From the NCBI GenBank assembly GCA_963666975.2, contig CAXVYR010000004.1, positions 448,001 to 512,000 on the forward strand: DNA of 64,000 nucleotides, read 5' to 3'. Of this stretch, positions 1 through 8,351 are shown in pieces. The notes below the pieces were generated by a model that ran no database searches, had not been told where the DNA came from, and saw nothing but the letters and a program-made list of their open reading frames with translations. This DNA is from Terriglobia bacterium (GTDB taxonomy: Bacteria; Acidobacteriota; Terriglobia; 2-12-FULL-54-10). The translations under genes were made by a program, and so were the position numbers. Numbering within the stretch: position 1 is the stretch's first letter; each line of letters opens with the position of its first letter.

Positions 1-153
1 TACTTCCTGGAAATGAAAGCAACTTACTGGCGCGGTCTTGGCCATCTTCGACGGGTAGCTGAAGACGAAGCGGAACAACAATTGTTTAAGCTGAAACCGC
101 TGAGTGACAAGTTCGTTCTCGGTGAGAGCCTAGTAATCTCTCGTGAGTATTGA
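1..153 (+). CDS. 3' end of an unknown CDS (runs off the window)
   Basis: Frame 1 is open from base 1 to TGA at 151-153 (YFLEMKATYWRGLGH...ISREY); no recognisable motif. Confidence 0.35.
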   Translation, partial: YFLEMKATYWRGLGHLRRVAEDEAEQQLFKLKPLSDKFVLGESLVISREY

Positions 154-387
154 TTCATGGAGTGTCTCACTATGCTTGAAAAGGCAGCTCACTCCTTATC
201 ATCGCCCGCCAACTGATTCCCTAGAATCGGTCCCGTGCAAATTGCGGAACGGGCACTTCGAGTCCACCTGTTATCTCTCCTGTCAGAGGCTCCAAGCCCA
301 GCAGCCATGCCCCTCATCTTCCAATCCGCCTTCAGGAGTGGCAGCACTGCGTTTTCAGAGCCGCTCGGCACCCACGGCGAGCAAAAA

Positions 388-461
388 TGCGCTGGAAGGG
401 CCCAGATGGAGGCTGATGGGTATATACTCGCAAACGCTGGAGAGCCAAAAACTAATTCCGG
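388..461 (+). repeat. 74-bp dispersed element, copy A
   Basis: Matches 4971-5044: 39 of the first 42 nt are identical and both end GCC-A-tract-CTAATTCCGG. Confidence 0.85.
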
Positions 462-511
462 TATAGTACCGAGGGTTATGTGTTTTCCAAACTATGGAGG
501 AGGAGGGCAAT

Positions 512-2374
512 ATGAAGAAATCACTTCCGAAACTCAAGGTTTCTGCTTCTCTGTTGGTGATTCCCATCATTCTGCTGACCGTCGGAAGCCTACAGGCGCA
601 ATCTCCCTCACGGGTTGCCTTGGAGAAGTTAGCGGTCTATCCCACCCTGATTGTCCACAACGGAAAGATCGCTGCGATGGATGAAGATTTGAGCTTCCAT
701 CAGGCCATGGCTCTACGCGGGGACCACATCTGGAGATTGGGGACCGACCAAGAGATTAAAGGACTGGCCGGACCGCAAACAGAATTGGTAGACCTAAAAG
801 GCCGGACGGTGACCCCCGGTCTGATTGATGTGCACACACATCCGCAGATGTGGGGTATGTGGCATCATGGGGGAGACATTGACCCACAGTTGGAACCTGT
901 GTATGTGGACGGAGAGACTCCGGAGGAAGTAGCGGCCAACTTTGCACCAGCCGTAAAAGCCCGTATCCAGAAAAATGGAGAGGGGAAATGGGTCTACGCG
1001 GTGGTGCCCCATAGAATGCGGGACAAGCTGGTAACTTATCCTATCAGCTATGATTATAAGCCGCGTCCTGTGACTGGGTTAATTACGCGCGATATGATGG
1101 ACGAAATAGCGCCCAACACGCCGATGGCGGTATTGTCCGGTTGTTGCTGGGCTTTCGGCAATACGAAAGCAACAGAGATCATGGAAAAGGTGGTGGGCTA
1201 CGAGCAGGTTGGAGTTCGCGTCACTTATGACACGACTTTTGCTGTCGTACTGGCCGGGCAGACTCGCAAGGCGGCTGACCTTCTCAGACGTGAGATGCAG
1301 GAGTTTGTGGAGTACGGTGTCACGACTATTGCTACTCATGGGGAAGTGAACACGGAAGTTTTTAACGCGATCAATCTGATGGAACGGGAAGGCACACTGC
1401 CGCAACGTTTTGCCTGGACCCACGAAAGTGGATTCTTCGGGAAGGATCCAGCAGAGTTCTATCGGTTACTCGGGAACTTTGTAGGGCAGGGTAGCGATCA
1501 TGTGTGGAACATTGGCGTAGGCTGGGAGGTCTGGGATGCCTTCGGGGATTGCCTTTCTGCGAAACGGAACAATGAGACCTCCCAACAAGCTCAAGATCGC
1601 CTGCAATACAATCCCTGTATACCAGAAGATTCGAAGAGCTATCAGGGACATTTGGCGGCAGCAAAAGCGGGCCTGCGTCTGGCCGAGCTGCACGCTCTGA
1701 CGGGAGACCTGGGCTATGACAGAGCCATCGCTCTCGCTGATGAGCTAATTGGCTCGGGAACGACTACCCTTGAGAAACTTCGCGAACCCGGATGGAGCTT
1801 CGCTCACAATATGTGGATTCGGCCAGATCAAATTCCCAACTTAGTGAAATACGGTTTTTGGTTGAATTTCCAACCGTGCCATTTTGCTCGATCCGCCGGG
1901 GGGCCCGGATGGTTAGACATTGAGGATCTGTGGGGCCCAGATTATTTGAAGTGGAAGGCTCCTCTTAAGAGTCTAACCGACGCGGGCGCTCGAGTAGTTT
2001 TTTCAACCGATACTCACGTCGGTACGCTACCGGGCAAGGGAGAACAGTATTGGAATGACTTGGCGCAAGGGTTCCCCTATCGAGATTCCATTTGGCCGTG
2101 GGTGGGCTGGTGGGTAACGCGGGAGCTTCACGGAAAGGTATGGGTGCCGGAGGAAAGAATCGACCGGATTACGGCGTTGCGAGGCTGGACAAACGGAGGG
2201 GCACAGTACCTGCTCCGCTGGGATCGACTTGGATCATTGGAGCCGGGCAAGCTCGCAGACTTCATCGTGCTGGATAGGGATTACTTCACGATTCCTGAGG
2301 CCGAAATTATGAATATTAAGACTCTGATGACGGTGCTAGGAGGCAAAGTCGCATATAAAGCTGCGCACTTCTGA
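512..2374 (+). CDS. Secreted amidohydrolase family 3 (YtcJ-like)
   Basis: GGAGGAGG RBS before ATG 512, signal peptide, HNGKI, DLKGRTVTPGLIDVHTH, GSLEPGKLADFIVLDRD. Confidence 0.9.
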   Translation: MKKSLPKLKVSASLLVIPIILLTVGSLQAQSPSRVALEKLAVYPTLIVHNGKIAAMDEDLSFHQAMALRGDHIWRLGTDQEIKGLAGPQTELVDLKGRTVTPGLIDVHTHPQMWGMWHHGGDIDPQLEPVYVDGETPEEVAANFAPAVKARIQKNGEGKWVYAVVPHRMRDKLVTYPISYDYKPRPVTGLITRDMMDEIAPNTPMAVLSGCCWAFGNTKATEIMEKVVGYEQVGVRVTYDTTFAVVLAGQTRKAADLLRREMQEFVEYGVTTIATHGEVNTEVFNAINLMEREGTLPQRFAWTHESGFFGKDPAEFYRLLGNFVGQGSDHVWNIGVGWEVWDAFGDCLSAKRNNETSQQAQDRLQYNPCIPEDSKSYQGHLAAAKAGLRLAELHALTGDLGYDRAIALADELIGSGTTTLEKLREPGWSFAHNMWIRPDQIPNLVKYGFWLNFQPCHFARSAGGPGWLDIEDLWGPDYLKWKAPLKSLTDAGARVVFSTDTHVGTLPGKGEQYWNDLAQGFPYRDSIWPWVGWWVTRELHGKVWVPEERIDRITALRGWTNGGAQYLLRWDRLGSLEPGKLADFIVLDRDYFTIPEAEIMNIKTLMTVLGGKVAYKAAHF

Positions 2375-2389
2375 TCTTTGCCTAGGCGA

Positions 2390-2524
2390 GCGGCTCAAAC
2401 GTCAAATCCTCGAACGGGCTCGCGCCGCGACGGAGGAGCCGGACAAGCGAGAGGTGGAGCACTAGACCCGTTTCCGCGAAGGTATATAGCGAGTCCGGCT
2501 GTTGACAACCCGATTCCGAGCCGC
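2390..2524. ncRNA. Candidate structured RNA/DNA element with possible pseudoknot
   Basis: Five complementary segment pairs within 135 intergenic nt (detailed in findings); no family recognised. Confidence 0.3.
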
Positions 2525-2557
2525 GCGTCCTTCTGCCGGGGTTCTTTCCTGGATCCT

Positions 2558-2725
2558 TCACAGTTCCCGGCGCAACAGCAGTTGACCAGGTGACCGGCGC
2601 TCCATCCTCTCCAGCGCTTGTAACACAGCATCCACCGAGAGCGGCCCAGGCGGGAGTTGCCCTTCGTCGCGCATCCGTTTCAAGGCTTCAAGGGCGGGTT
2701 GACTAAGGTTGATTTTTACGGCCAT
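2558..2725 (-). CDS. Small hypothetical protein (55 aa)
   Basis: MAVKINLSQPALEALKRMRDEG...RREL; co-oriented with neighbouring small ORFs; below the ORF-track cutoff. Confidence 0.45.
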   Translation of the reverse strand: MAVKINLSQPALEALKRMRDEGQLPPGPLSVDAVLQALERMERRSPGQLLLRREL

Positions 2726-2791
2726 TGGATGAACCTATGCTTCGTGTATGGTTCTACCCGGATTCGCCATTACCGAGGCATTGAGGAACTT

Positions 2792-3148
2792 TCATTGAAT
2801 CCAAAGAAGGGGGTGCGGAAGGGCTGACTTGCGCGCCGCTCCTGGCGATTGCCCCAAGCCGAGGAAGGAGGCCCACTTCTCACAAGCCGCCTGGATTGCC
2901 TCGAAGATTCTTTTCCGCAAGTCTGGTTGAAGTTCCACAACCGGCACCCGCTCTGATCTCACGGTCTTTGTGGGCAAGGCTGGCCGCAGGATGCCCTCTT
3001 TGCCGCTCCAAACAGGGAAGTCGCAGATCGTCAAAATATCTCCTAAGCGAACATCGGCAAGAAATACCGAATCACCCCTTCCCGGTCGAATGTCCACGGA
3101 AATGGGGAGTGGACTCTTATTCGGGATGTTGGACGGTTTTTGAATCAT
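2792..3148 (-). CDS. SpoVG-like nucleic-acid-binding protein
   Basis: ADVRLGDILTICDFPVWSGKEG..ALP..LRKRIFEAI follows the SpoVG strand/helix pattern. Confidence 0.55.
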   Translation of the reverse strand: MIQKPSNIPNKSPLPISVDIRPGRGDSVFLADVRLGDILTICDFPVWSGKEGILRPALPTKTVRSERVPVVELQPDLRKRIFEAIQAACEKWASFLGLGQSPGAARKSALPHPLLWIQ

Positions 3149-3214
3149 TTATTTATTATATGGCTCCTTCTCTTGCTTCTGGTAATTTACCAAAGAAGGG
3201 GGCGCGGAAGGGCT
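2801..3214. repeat. 25-bp direct repeat pair (2801-2825, 3190-3214)
   Basis: CCAAAGAAGGGGG(T/C)GCGGAAGGGCT, 24/25 identical. Confidence 0.8.
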
Positions 3215-3297
3215 CTTCATGTGATTGCTCATCGGTCGCAGGTTGCGCCAGAGGCGGCGGGGGTGATTTGAGGGGGCTATGCTGGGGTCCGATTAGG

Positions 3298-3450
3298 CTA
3301 ATTTATGAATGTCCTTTTCGGTTTGTAAGCCTGTGATTGTGCCAGCTTGAGATACCTCACGGCAGCTCGAAGGGAGAGGCGGGCCGTTGGGTTCTCTTCC
3401 TCTTCGTGGGCCTTGCTGATAATCTTCAGAGCGCGGTCTAAATCGTCCAT
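3298..3450 (-). CDS. Small hypothetical protein (50 aa)
   Basis: GGAGG RBS, MDDLDRALKIISKAHEEEE...; directly downstream of 3464-3643. Confidence 0.5.
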   Translation of the reverse strand: MDDLDRALKIISKAHEEEENPTARLSLRAAVRYLKLAQSQAYKPKRTFIN

Positions 3451-3463
3451 GGCGCAACCTCCG

Positions 3464-3643
3464 TTACTGGACCCTCTGTTTCCGATCCCGAATCTGCTTT
3501 ATTCTTTCCAATACCATCTGTTGTGTGAGGACACCACATTCTTCCAATAGCTCAACCAGAGCTGTCAGTTGCAGGGTATTGCTCAGGACAAGTTGCTCAA
3601 CACTAACGGTCACTCGCTCACTGCCAGTGTTCTCAGTAACCAT
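3464..3643 (-). CDS. Small helical hypothetical protein (59 aa)
   Basis: GGGAGG RBS, MVTENTGSERVTVSVEQLVLSNTLQLTALVELLEECGVLT... Confidence 0.6.
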   Translation of the reverse strand: MVTENTGSERVTVSVEQLVLSNTLQLTALVELLEECGVLTQQMVLERIKQIRDRKQRVQ

Positions 3644-3826
3644 TTAATCCTCCCAGAGTGCGCTTAGAAACAAGATCGGCCAGGATGTAGCGGCTTGATG
3701 GAAGCTCCTTCGCGGAATCGGCTACCTATCGAGTTGGATATATTTGTGAAAGATTACACGAGGGGAGAGGGGAAAGCAATTGGTGGAATTATCGCCGCGT
3801 TATATTGTTTAACGGATTTGGCACGA

Positions 3827-4195
3827 TTATGACCGTTTTACTGGTTCACCCCCCAGCCACCCGCGTGCTTCGAGCATGGGTACAATAAATTGGTATGCTT
3901 CTTGCTCTTTGGCTGTCATTTTAGGAGGGAGCCCACCTGTCGTTAGGAAGGATCGTAGCCGTTGCATTTTTCTCTCGTAACCCATCTCCCGGATTTTCTT
4001 CTCCAGGTCCTTGATGAATTTCTTTATCAGGTCTTGGAAAGGGGGGTTAGAGGTTTTCCTAATTTCCTCTTCTACTCGACGCAAGATTTGATCGGGGGCG
4101 AGATCCTCAAGGGAATATACAAAACTTTGGAAATCAAATTCATACCGGGGTTTTTCAACCATGGAAGTTGCCTCCATAGACCTTTGTTTCTTCAC
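3827..4195 (-). CDS. Hypothetical protein, paralog of 51486-51773
   Basis: Shares FDFxSF, RVEEEI and QRLxxFLxxGxLPxxMTxxEQxxY with the second copy. Confidence 0.65.
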   Translation of the reverse strand: MKKQRSMEATSMVEKPRYEFDFQSFVYSLEDLAPDQILRRVEEEIRKTSNPPFQDLIKKFIKDLEKKIREMGYERKMQRLRSFLTTGGLPPKMTAKEQEAYQFIVPMLEARGWLGGEPVKRS

Positions 4196-4465
4196 TAGCT
4201 CTAAATCCTACGCTAGCCGCCCTGTTGACTCAAGGACTGATCACCGCTGCCTCTTTTGCGCGTCATTGCAGCTCACAATTAAGATGCGTATTTTGCGGAA
4301 ACAACCACTGCAATGCCTCCAACCGCCTGGAACTATTGGGAAAAGATTAAATGAGGAAAAGCGGGAAAGCAATTGGGGACAGGAGAGGGGCTATGGCTCC
4401 ATTGCTACTCAAACGCCTCTCACGCCCCTGGGAATGGCCTGCTTAGTGATCCTCTGGTCGCCCTC

Positions 4466-4801
4466 CTATGGGGCGCCTACACTAGCCACTTTGCTTTTCC
4501 CTTTCTTATCCAGCCACTGCAACAGCTGCTCCATTCCAGCAGGCTCTACCGAAAAGCTGACAGCTATCATGTCCTTTTCACTTCCCACAACGCGCCCTCC
4601 AATACTGAGCGTTTCTCCGTAACCATGAACCGTGAAGCGGATACTGAGATTCGTTCTCAGAGGCGGTATGAAGTGGCTGCGAATGAGCATGCCCCGCCTG
4701 CCAATATGGACCAGTTCACCGACAGCCGCGTCTACCTCCGTCCGAAACTGAACATTTCCGGATACAGCGTAACGCCTGTATCGCCGCTTATCTGTCTTCA
4801 C
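4466..4801 (-). CDS. Single-domain PilZ protein
   Basis: GGAG RBS and GTG at 4801; RxxxR motif (KRRYRR); degenerate HIGRRG; same length as paralog 19661-19996. Confidence 0.75.
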   Translation of the reverse strand: MKTDKRRYRRYAVSGNVQFRTEVDAAVGELVHIGRRGMLIRSHFIPPLRTNLSIRFTVHGYGETLSIGGRVVGSEKDMIAVSFSVEPAGMEQLLQWLDKKGKSKVASVGAP

Positions 4802-4970
4802 AATTTGCTCCTTCCCGTAGTGTCTCCAATTTCTTTGGGCCGCAGCCTGGACTTTGTGCTCAGGCAACCGCTCCTGACCAGACCGACATTTTGTACCATC
4901 CAGTGCGCTAATGTACATCACAGCCTGAGACGGCGAAACTGGTTTTAGTGCGGTTTTGGGTGGGCTGGCC

Positions 4971-5044
4971 TGCGCTGGAAGGGCTCAGTTGGAGGCTGAT
5001 GGGTGTATACTCACGAGTCGGAAGGGCCAAAAAACTAATTCCGG
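4971..5044 (+). repeat. 74-bp dispersed element, copy B
   Basis: Matches 388-461. Confidence 0.85.
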
Positions 5045-5149
5045 GCGTAACCGGCCCACAAGTTTCCTGGCTTGAGCATGTCGCGGGAATTGATCTCCGC
5101 CTGCTAGAGGCTGGAATCGCCCGGCCTGGATTTCCGACTGGAGGAACCT

Positions 5150-5872
5150 ATGCAACGTAAAGCGAGTTGGCGCAAGGCCACCGTTGCCGTGCTGATGGCG
5201 GTGGCGGCTGGCGGCCTTATGAGCGGCTGCGCCACTAAGAACTATGTCCGCGAGGAGGTCACGACTAGCGCCCAGGACCTCTCCGTGAGAATTGAGAATG
5301 CCGAACACGGCATCGAGGCGCTCTCGAATCAAACGGAAGAATTGAACTCCTTAAACAGGGAGCACGCCCGGCAAATCGAATCCTTGGACGGCAACCTGCA
5401 GCAGGTGGATGAGAGGGCTGTGACCGCCGTGGCGGCGGGAGAAGGAGCGCAGCAGTCCGCCGACCGTAATTCCACTCAGGTCTTGTTGCTGGGAGAAAAC
5501 TTCGCGAACAGGAACCAATATGGATTGCTTTCGGAAGAGTACGTGCAATTTGCATTCGACAGCGCCAGCATAGAACCGTCGTACCACCAACTTCTGGATG
5601 ACGTGGCGCGGCGGATGCTGGACAATCCCGATGTGATCCTCGTTCTGGAAGGACGCACCGACTCTACAGGGAACGATTCCTACAACATCCGGCTCGGCGA
5701 AAGACGGCTCGAAGCGGTGATCCGCTACCTTGTGGTGGACCAGGACGTTCCCATACACCGGCTGCACAAGATGAGTTTCGGTGAAGCGCGGCCCGTGGCT
5801 CCCAACAACTCCAGCGAGGGGCGGGCTCAGAACCGAAGCGTGGTGATTCAGATCCTGGAACCGCAGCTGTAG
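5150..5872 (+). CDS. OmpA-family lipoprotein
   Basis: Lipobox-like MSGC, coiled coil, FAFDSA, EGRTDSTG..YNIRLGERR, GRAQNRSV. Confidence 0.9.
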   Translation: MQRKASWRKATVAVLMAVAAGGLMSGCATKNYVREEVTTSAQDLSVRIENAEHGIEALSNQTEELNSLNREHARQIESLDGNLQQVDERAVTAVAAGEGAQQSADRNSTQVLLLGENFANRNQYGLLSEEYVQFAFDSASIEPSYHQLLDDVARRMLDNPDVILVLEGRTDSTGNDSYNIRLGERRLEAVIRYLVVDQDVPIHRLHKMSFGEARPVAPNNSSEGRAQNRSVVIQILEPQL

Positions 5873-6044
5873 CCTGCCAGCGGTGGGATTGTTTCTCTGT
5901 AACGCCAAGGTCTTTCAAGCGCGGCTTGCTAATCCTTCCATCATGGAAGGATTTAGGCTTGCCGGATTTTGGCCCTGCCTCAGCAAGGATTTCCCCAGCC
6001 CTTCTCTCAGCCCGCAGCTTGATTTCCGCGCAGCAGTTCTGCAT
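5873..6044 (-). pseudogene. Relic of a phage/mobile-element protein
   Basis: AEIKLRAERRAGEIL...PRLKDLGVTEKQSHRWQ is a motif typical of phage proteins; truncated against the ompA stop. Confidence 0.6.
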
Positions 6045-6102
6045 CTCAAATCGGACATTCGGGGTATACTCTTCGAATTAGAAAAAGAGAGGCCAAGCAT
6101 CT

Positions 6103-6411
6103 GTGAAAAAGCGCGAGCATGAGCGTGTTCCTTTAGGCGTGCCGGTACTATGCCAGTCGGGCCAGACGAAGGTCGAAGGCATGGCCGAAAATGTGAGTGT
6201 TGGCGGACTTTTCTTAGTCCGGGCGGTGAAGACATTCCCAGTAAATCAGAAGATTATCGTGGAATTCGCAATCCACGGTTCTAAACAAGCTCTCGAAGCA
6301 CAAGTGGTTCACGAGGTGCCAGATTTGTTTATGGGTGTGGAATTTCTGAATCTTCCGCCGAAATCGAAGGAACTGATTGAGCTGCACGTCGCCACACAAT
6401 CTATCCCCTGA
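6103..6411 (+). CDS. Single-domain PilZ protein
   Basis: REHER (RxxxR), NVSVGG (D/NxSxxG), MGVEF. Confidence 0.85.
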   Translation: MKKREHERVPLGVPVLCQSGQTKVEGMAENVSVGGLFLVRAVKTFPVNQKIIVEFAIHGSKQALEAQVVHEVPDLFMGVEFLNLPPKSKELIELHVATQSIP

Positions 6412-6450
6412 GAAAGATTTGTTCTTGTCTGAGCGGCGGCGAGAGCTGGG

Positions 6451-6576
6451 CTATGTGCCGATTGGGCTGGCCACTTGCTTTTGGGCCCTCTCATCCAGAA
6501 CCTGCCGCAGCTTCGCCCATCCCACAGGTTCTTCTAAAAACATCATGGCCCACAAATCCGATTGAACGCGCACCAC
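6451..6576 (-). pseudogene. 3' fragment of a PilZ gene cut at the IS end
   Basis: VVRVQSDLWAMMFLEEP...KQVASP aligns with the C-terminus of 19661-19996 (VVRVQSNSWAMMFLEEP...KQVASP). Confidence 0.8.
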
Positions 6577-6649
6577 TGTACGTCGTCAGATAATGTTGGA
6601 CACAGAGCATAAAAAGATAAGGTGGCGTTCAGGCTCCTCTGGGTTGATG

Positions 6650-7634
6650 TTAGGCTGCCCTTCTTTTGAAGTGCAACCGTTTTCTTAAGATCATAGTTTT
6701 CTCTTTGATGCGATCCCGTTTTTGCAGGATGGCACTGCCTTGGCCTGTAAAAACGTCATACGGTGTCAGGTTGTTCAGGCTTTCTATGGTATCGGTTGGT
6801 GTTGTAGTGGTTGACGAAGGCATCGATCTGCCGCTCCAGCTCTTCTGGCAGGTAATAGTTGTTGAGCAGGATGCGGTCTTTCAGAGTTCGGTGCCAGCGT
6901 TCGATCTTGCCCTGCGTCATGGGGTGATAGGGCTTGCCGCGAGTATGCGGCACGCTGTTTTCTGCCAGCCATGATTGCAGTTCGGAAGAGACGTAGCACG
7001 GCCCGTTGTCGCTCAGGAGGCGAGGTCTGTGCCGGGCGCCCACGCGGTCGAGGCCGGTGGCTTGCAAAGCATCCCGCAACGTGGCCGAGACGTCACTTGC
7101 GCTCATGGTTTTGCACAGCCGCCAGGCGATGATATAGCGCGAGAAGTCGTCCAGCACCGTGGACAGGTAGAACCAGCCCCAACCGATGACTTTCAGGTAG
7201 GTGAAGTCGGTCTGCCAGAGCTGGTTGACCGCCGTGGTCGGGTTGGCGAACCGTTCCGCCGCTTTCAGGACAATAAAGGCTGGCGCGGTAATCAGGTCAT
7301 GGCTTTTCAGGACGCGGTAAACCGTCGATTCAGAAAGGTAATACCGCCTTTCCTCGGTAAAACGCACCGCCAGCTCGCGTGACGACAGATCGGGCTCGGC
7401 CAGGGCTAACGTCACCAACTGCTGAGTTATCTCCTCCGGCACCTTGTTCCAGACAGGGCCAGGATCGGGTTTTTTGTCTTCCAGCCCATCAAAGCCTTCC
7501 GACACATAGCGGTCGTACCAGTTGTAAAACGTCGATCTGGGAATGCCAACCTGCTGCAGCGTCCGGCGCACCCCCAGGGCAGATTGCTCCACCGTGCAGA
7601 TGATCTCCAGCTTCTCCGAGGCAGGGTATCTCAT
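6650..7634 (-). pseudogene. IS3 transposase OrfB (DDE) with a +1 frameshift near the C-terminus
   Basis: WQTDFTY, SDNG, GKIERWH; one extra base near 6785 breaks YH-ESLNNLTP, which continues in another frame to the stop at 6650. Confidence 0.85.
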
Positions 7635-8002
7635 GTATGTTCCTCCCCATCCCCGATCACGCTTTTTTTTAGCAGGCGATTTTCCAGCATAGCCTCGGCC
7701 AGGGCCTCTTTCAGCTGTACGGCCTGCTCCCGCAGAGTCTTGACTTCGCCACTGGTTGCCTCACGGTCTATGTCGCCCGCCAGCCGCTTGCGGCCAGCCT
7801 CCAGAAACTCCTTGCTCCAGCGGTAATACTGGTTCTGGTGCAGCCCCTCGCGGCGGCACAGCTCCGCGATGCTGTCCTCGCCGCGAAGTCCCTGCAATAC
7901 AATGCGGATTTTGTCTTCCGGGCTGAACCTGCGCCGCGTCCTGCGTTTGATCTCCCGGACGGCCTTCTCGACCGCCCCCCTGTCGTCTTGTTTTTGTCTC
8001 AT
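7631..8002 (-). CDS. IS3 transposase OrfA (HTH)
   Basis: RRFSPEDKIRIVLQGLRGEDSIAELCRREG...YYRW and a leucine zipper. Confidence 0.9.
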   Translation of the reverse strand: MRQKQDDRGAVEKAVREIKRRTRRRFSPEDKIRIVLQGLRGEDSIAELCRREGLHQNQYYRWSKEFLEAGRKRLAGDIDREATSGEVKTLREQAVQLKEALAEAMLENRLLKKSVIGDGEEHT

Positions 8003-8089
8003 CTTCGTTCCTTTCAGTCTCTACGATGAGCCAAAAACATCACCTTAACTATTACCCTCTACCTGTCCAACAAGCCCTGACGGGGCACA

Positions 8090-8185
8090 GGGATAACCTA
8101 GCTGGGCAGCCACATCTACCCGCTGAGCCCATCCCCACACGCTGCATAGAACTACCGCAAAAGCTATAGTCAATGTTTTCTTCAT
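8090..8185 (-). pseudogene. 5' fragment of a secreted (probably amidohydrolase) gene cut by the IS
   Basis: MKKTLTIAFAVVLCSVWGWAQRVDVAAQLGYP stops at the IS end and resembles the N-terminus of 512-2374. Confidence 0.6.
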
Positions 8186-8351
8186 CTCATATATCTCCTC
8201 AGCAAAAAGTTTCCATGCAAAAAGGCGCTTCCAGAAATAGCGCACCCCAAATTAAGGTACCGCTCGTCGCGAAAGCACCCCTGTCTCTCTTCAGCCTTTC
8301 AGAACTCAAACCTTCAGCGCCAATTGAATCTGGTGTTTTTCACCTCGAAGC

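Larger units (their letters stand above)
6577..8089 (-). mobile_element. IS3-family insertion sequence (1513 bp)
   Basis: TG..CA ends, 26-bp imperfect terminal inverted repeats (19/26), orfA/orfB with an A8G slippery site near 7661-7670; no target duplication. Confidence 0.92.
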
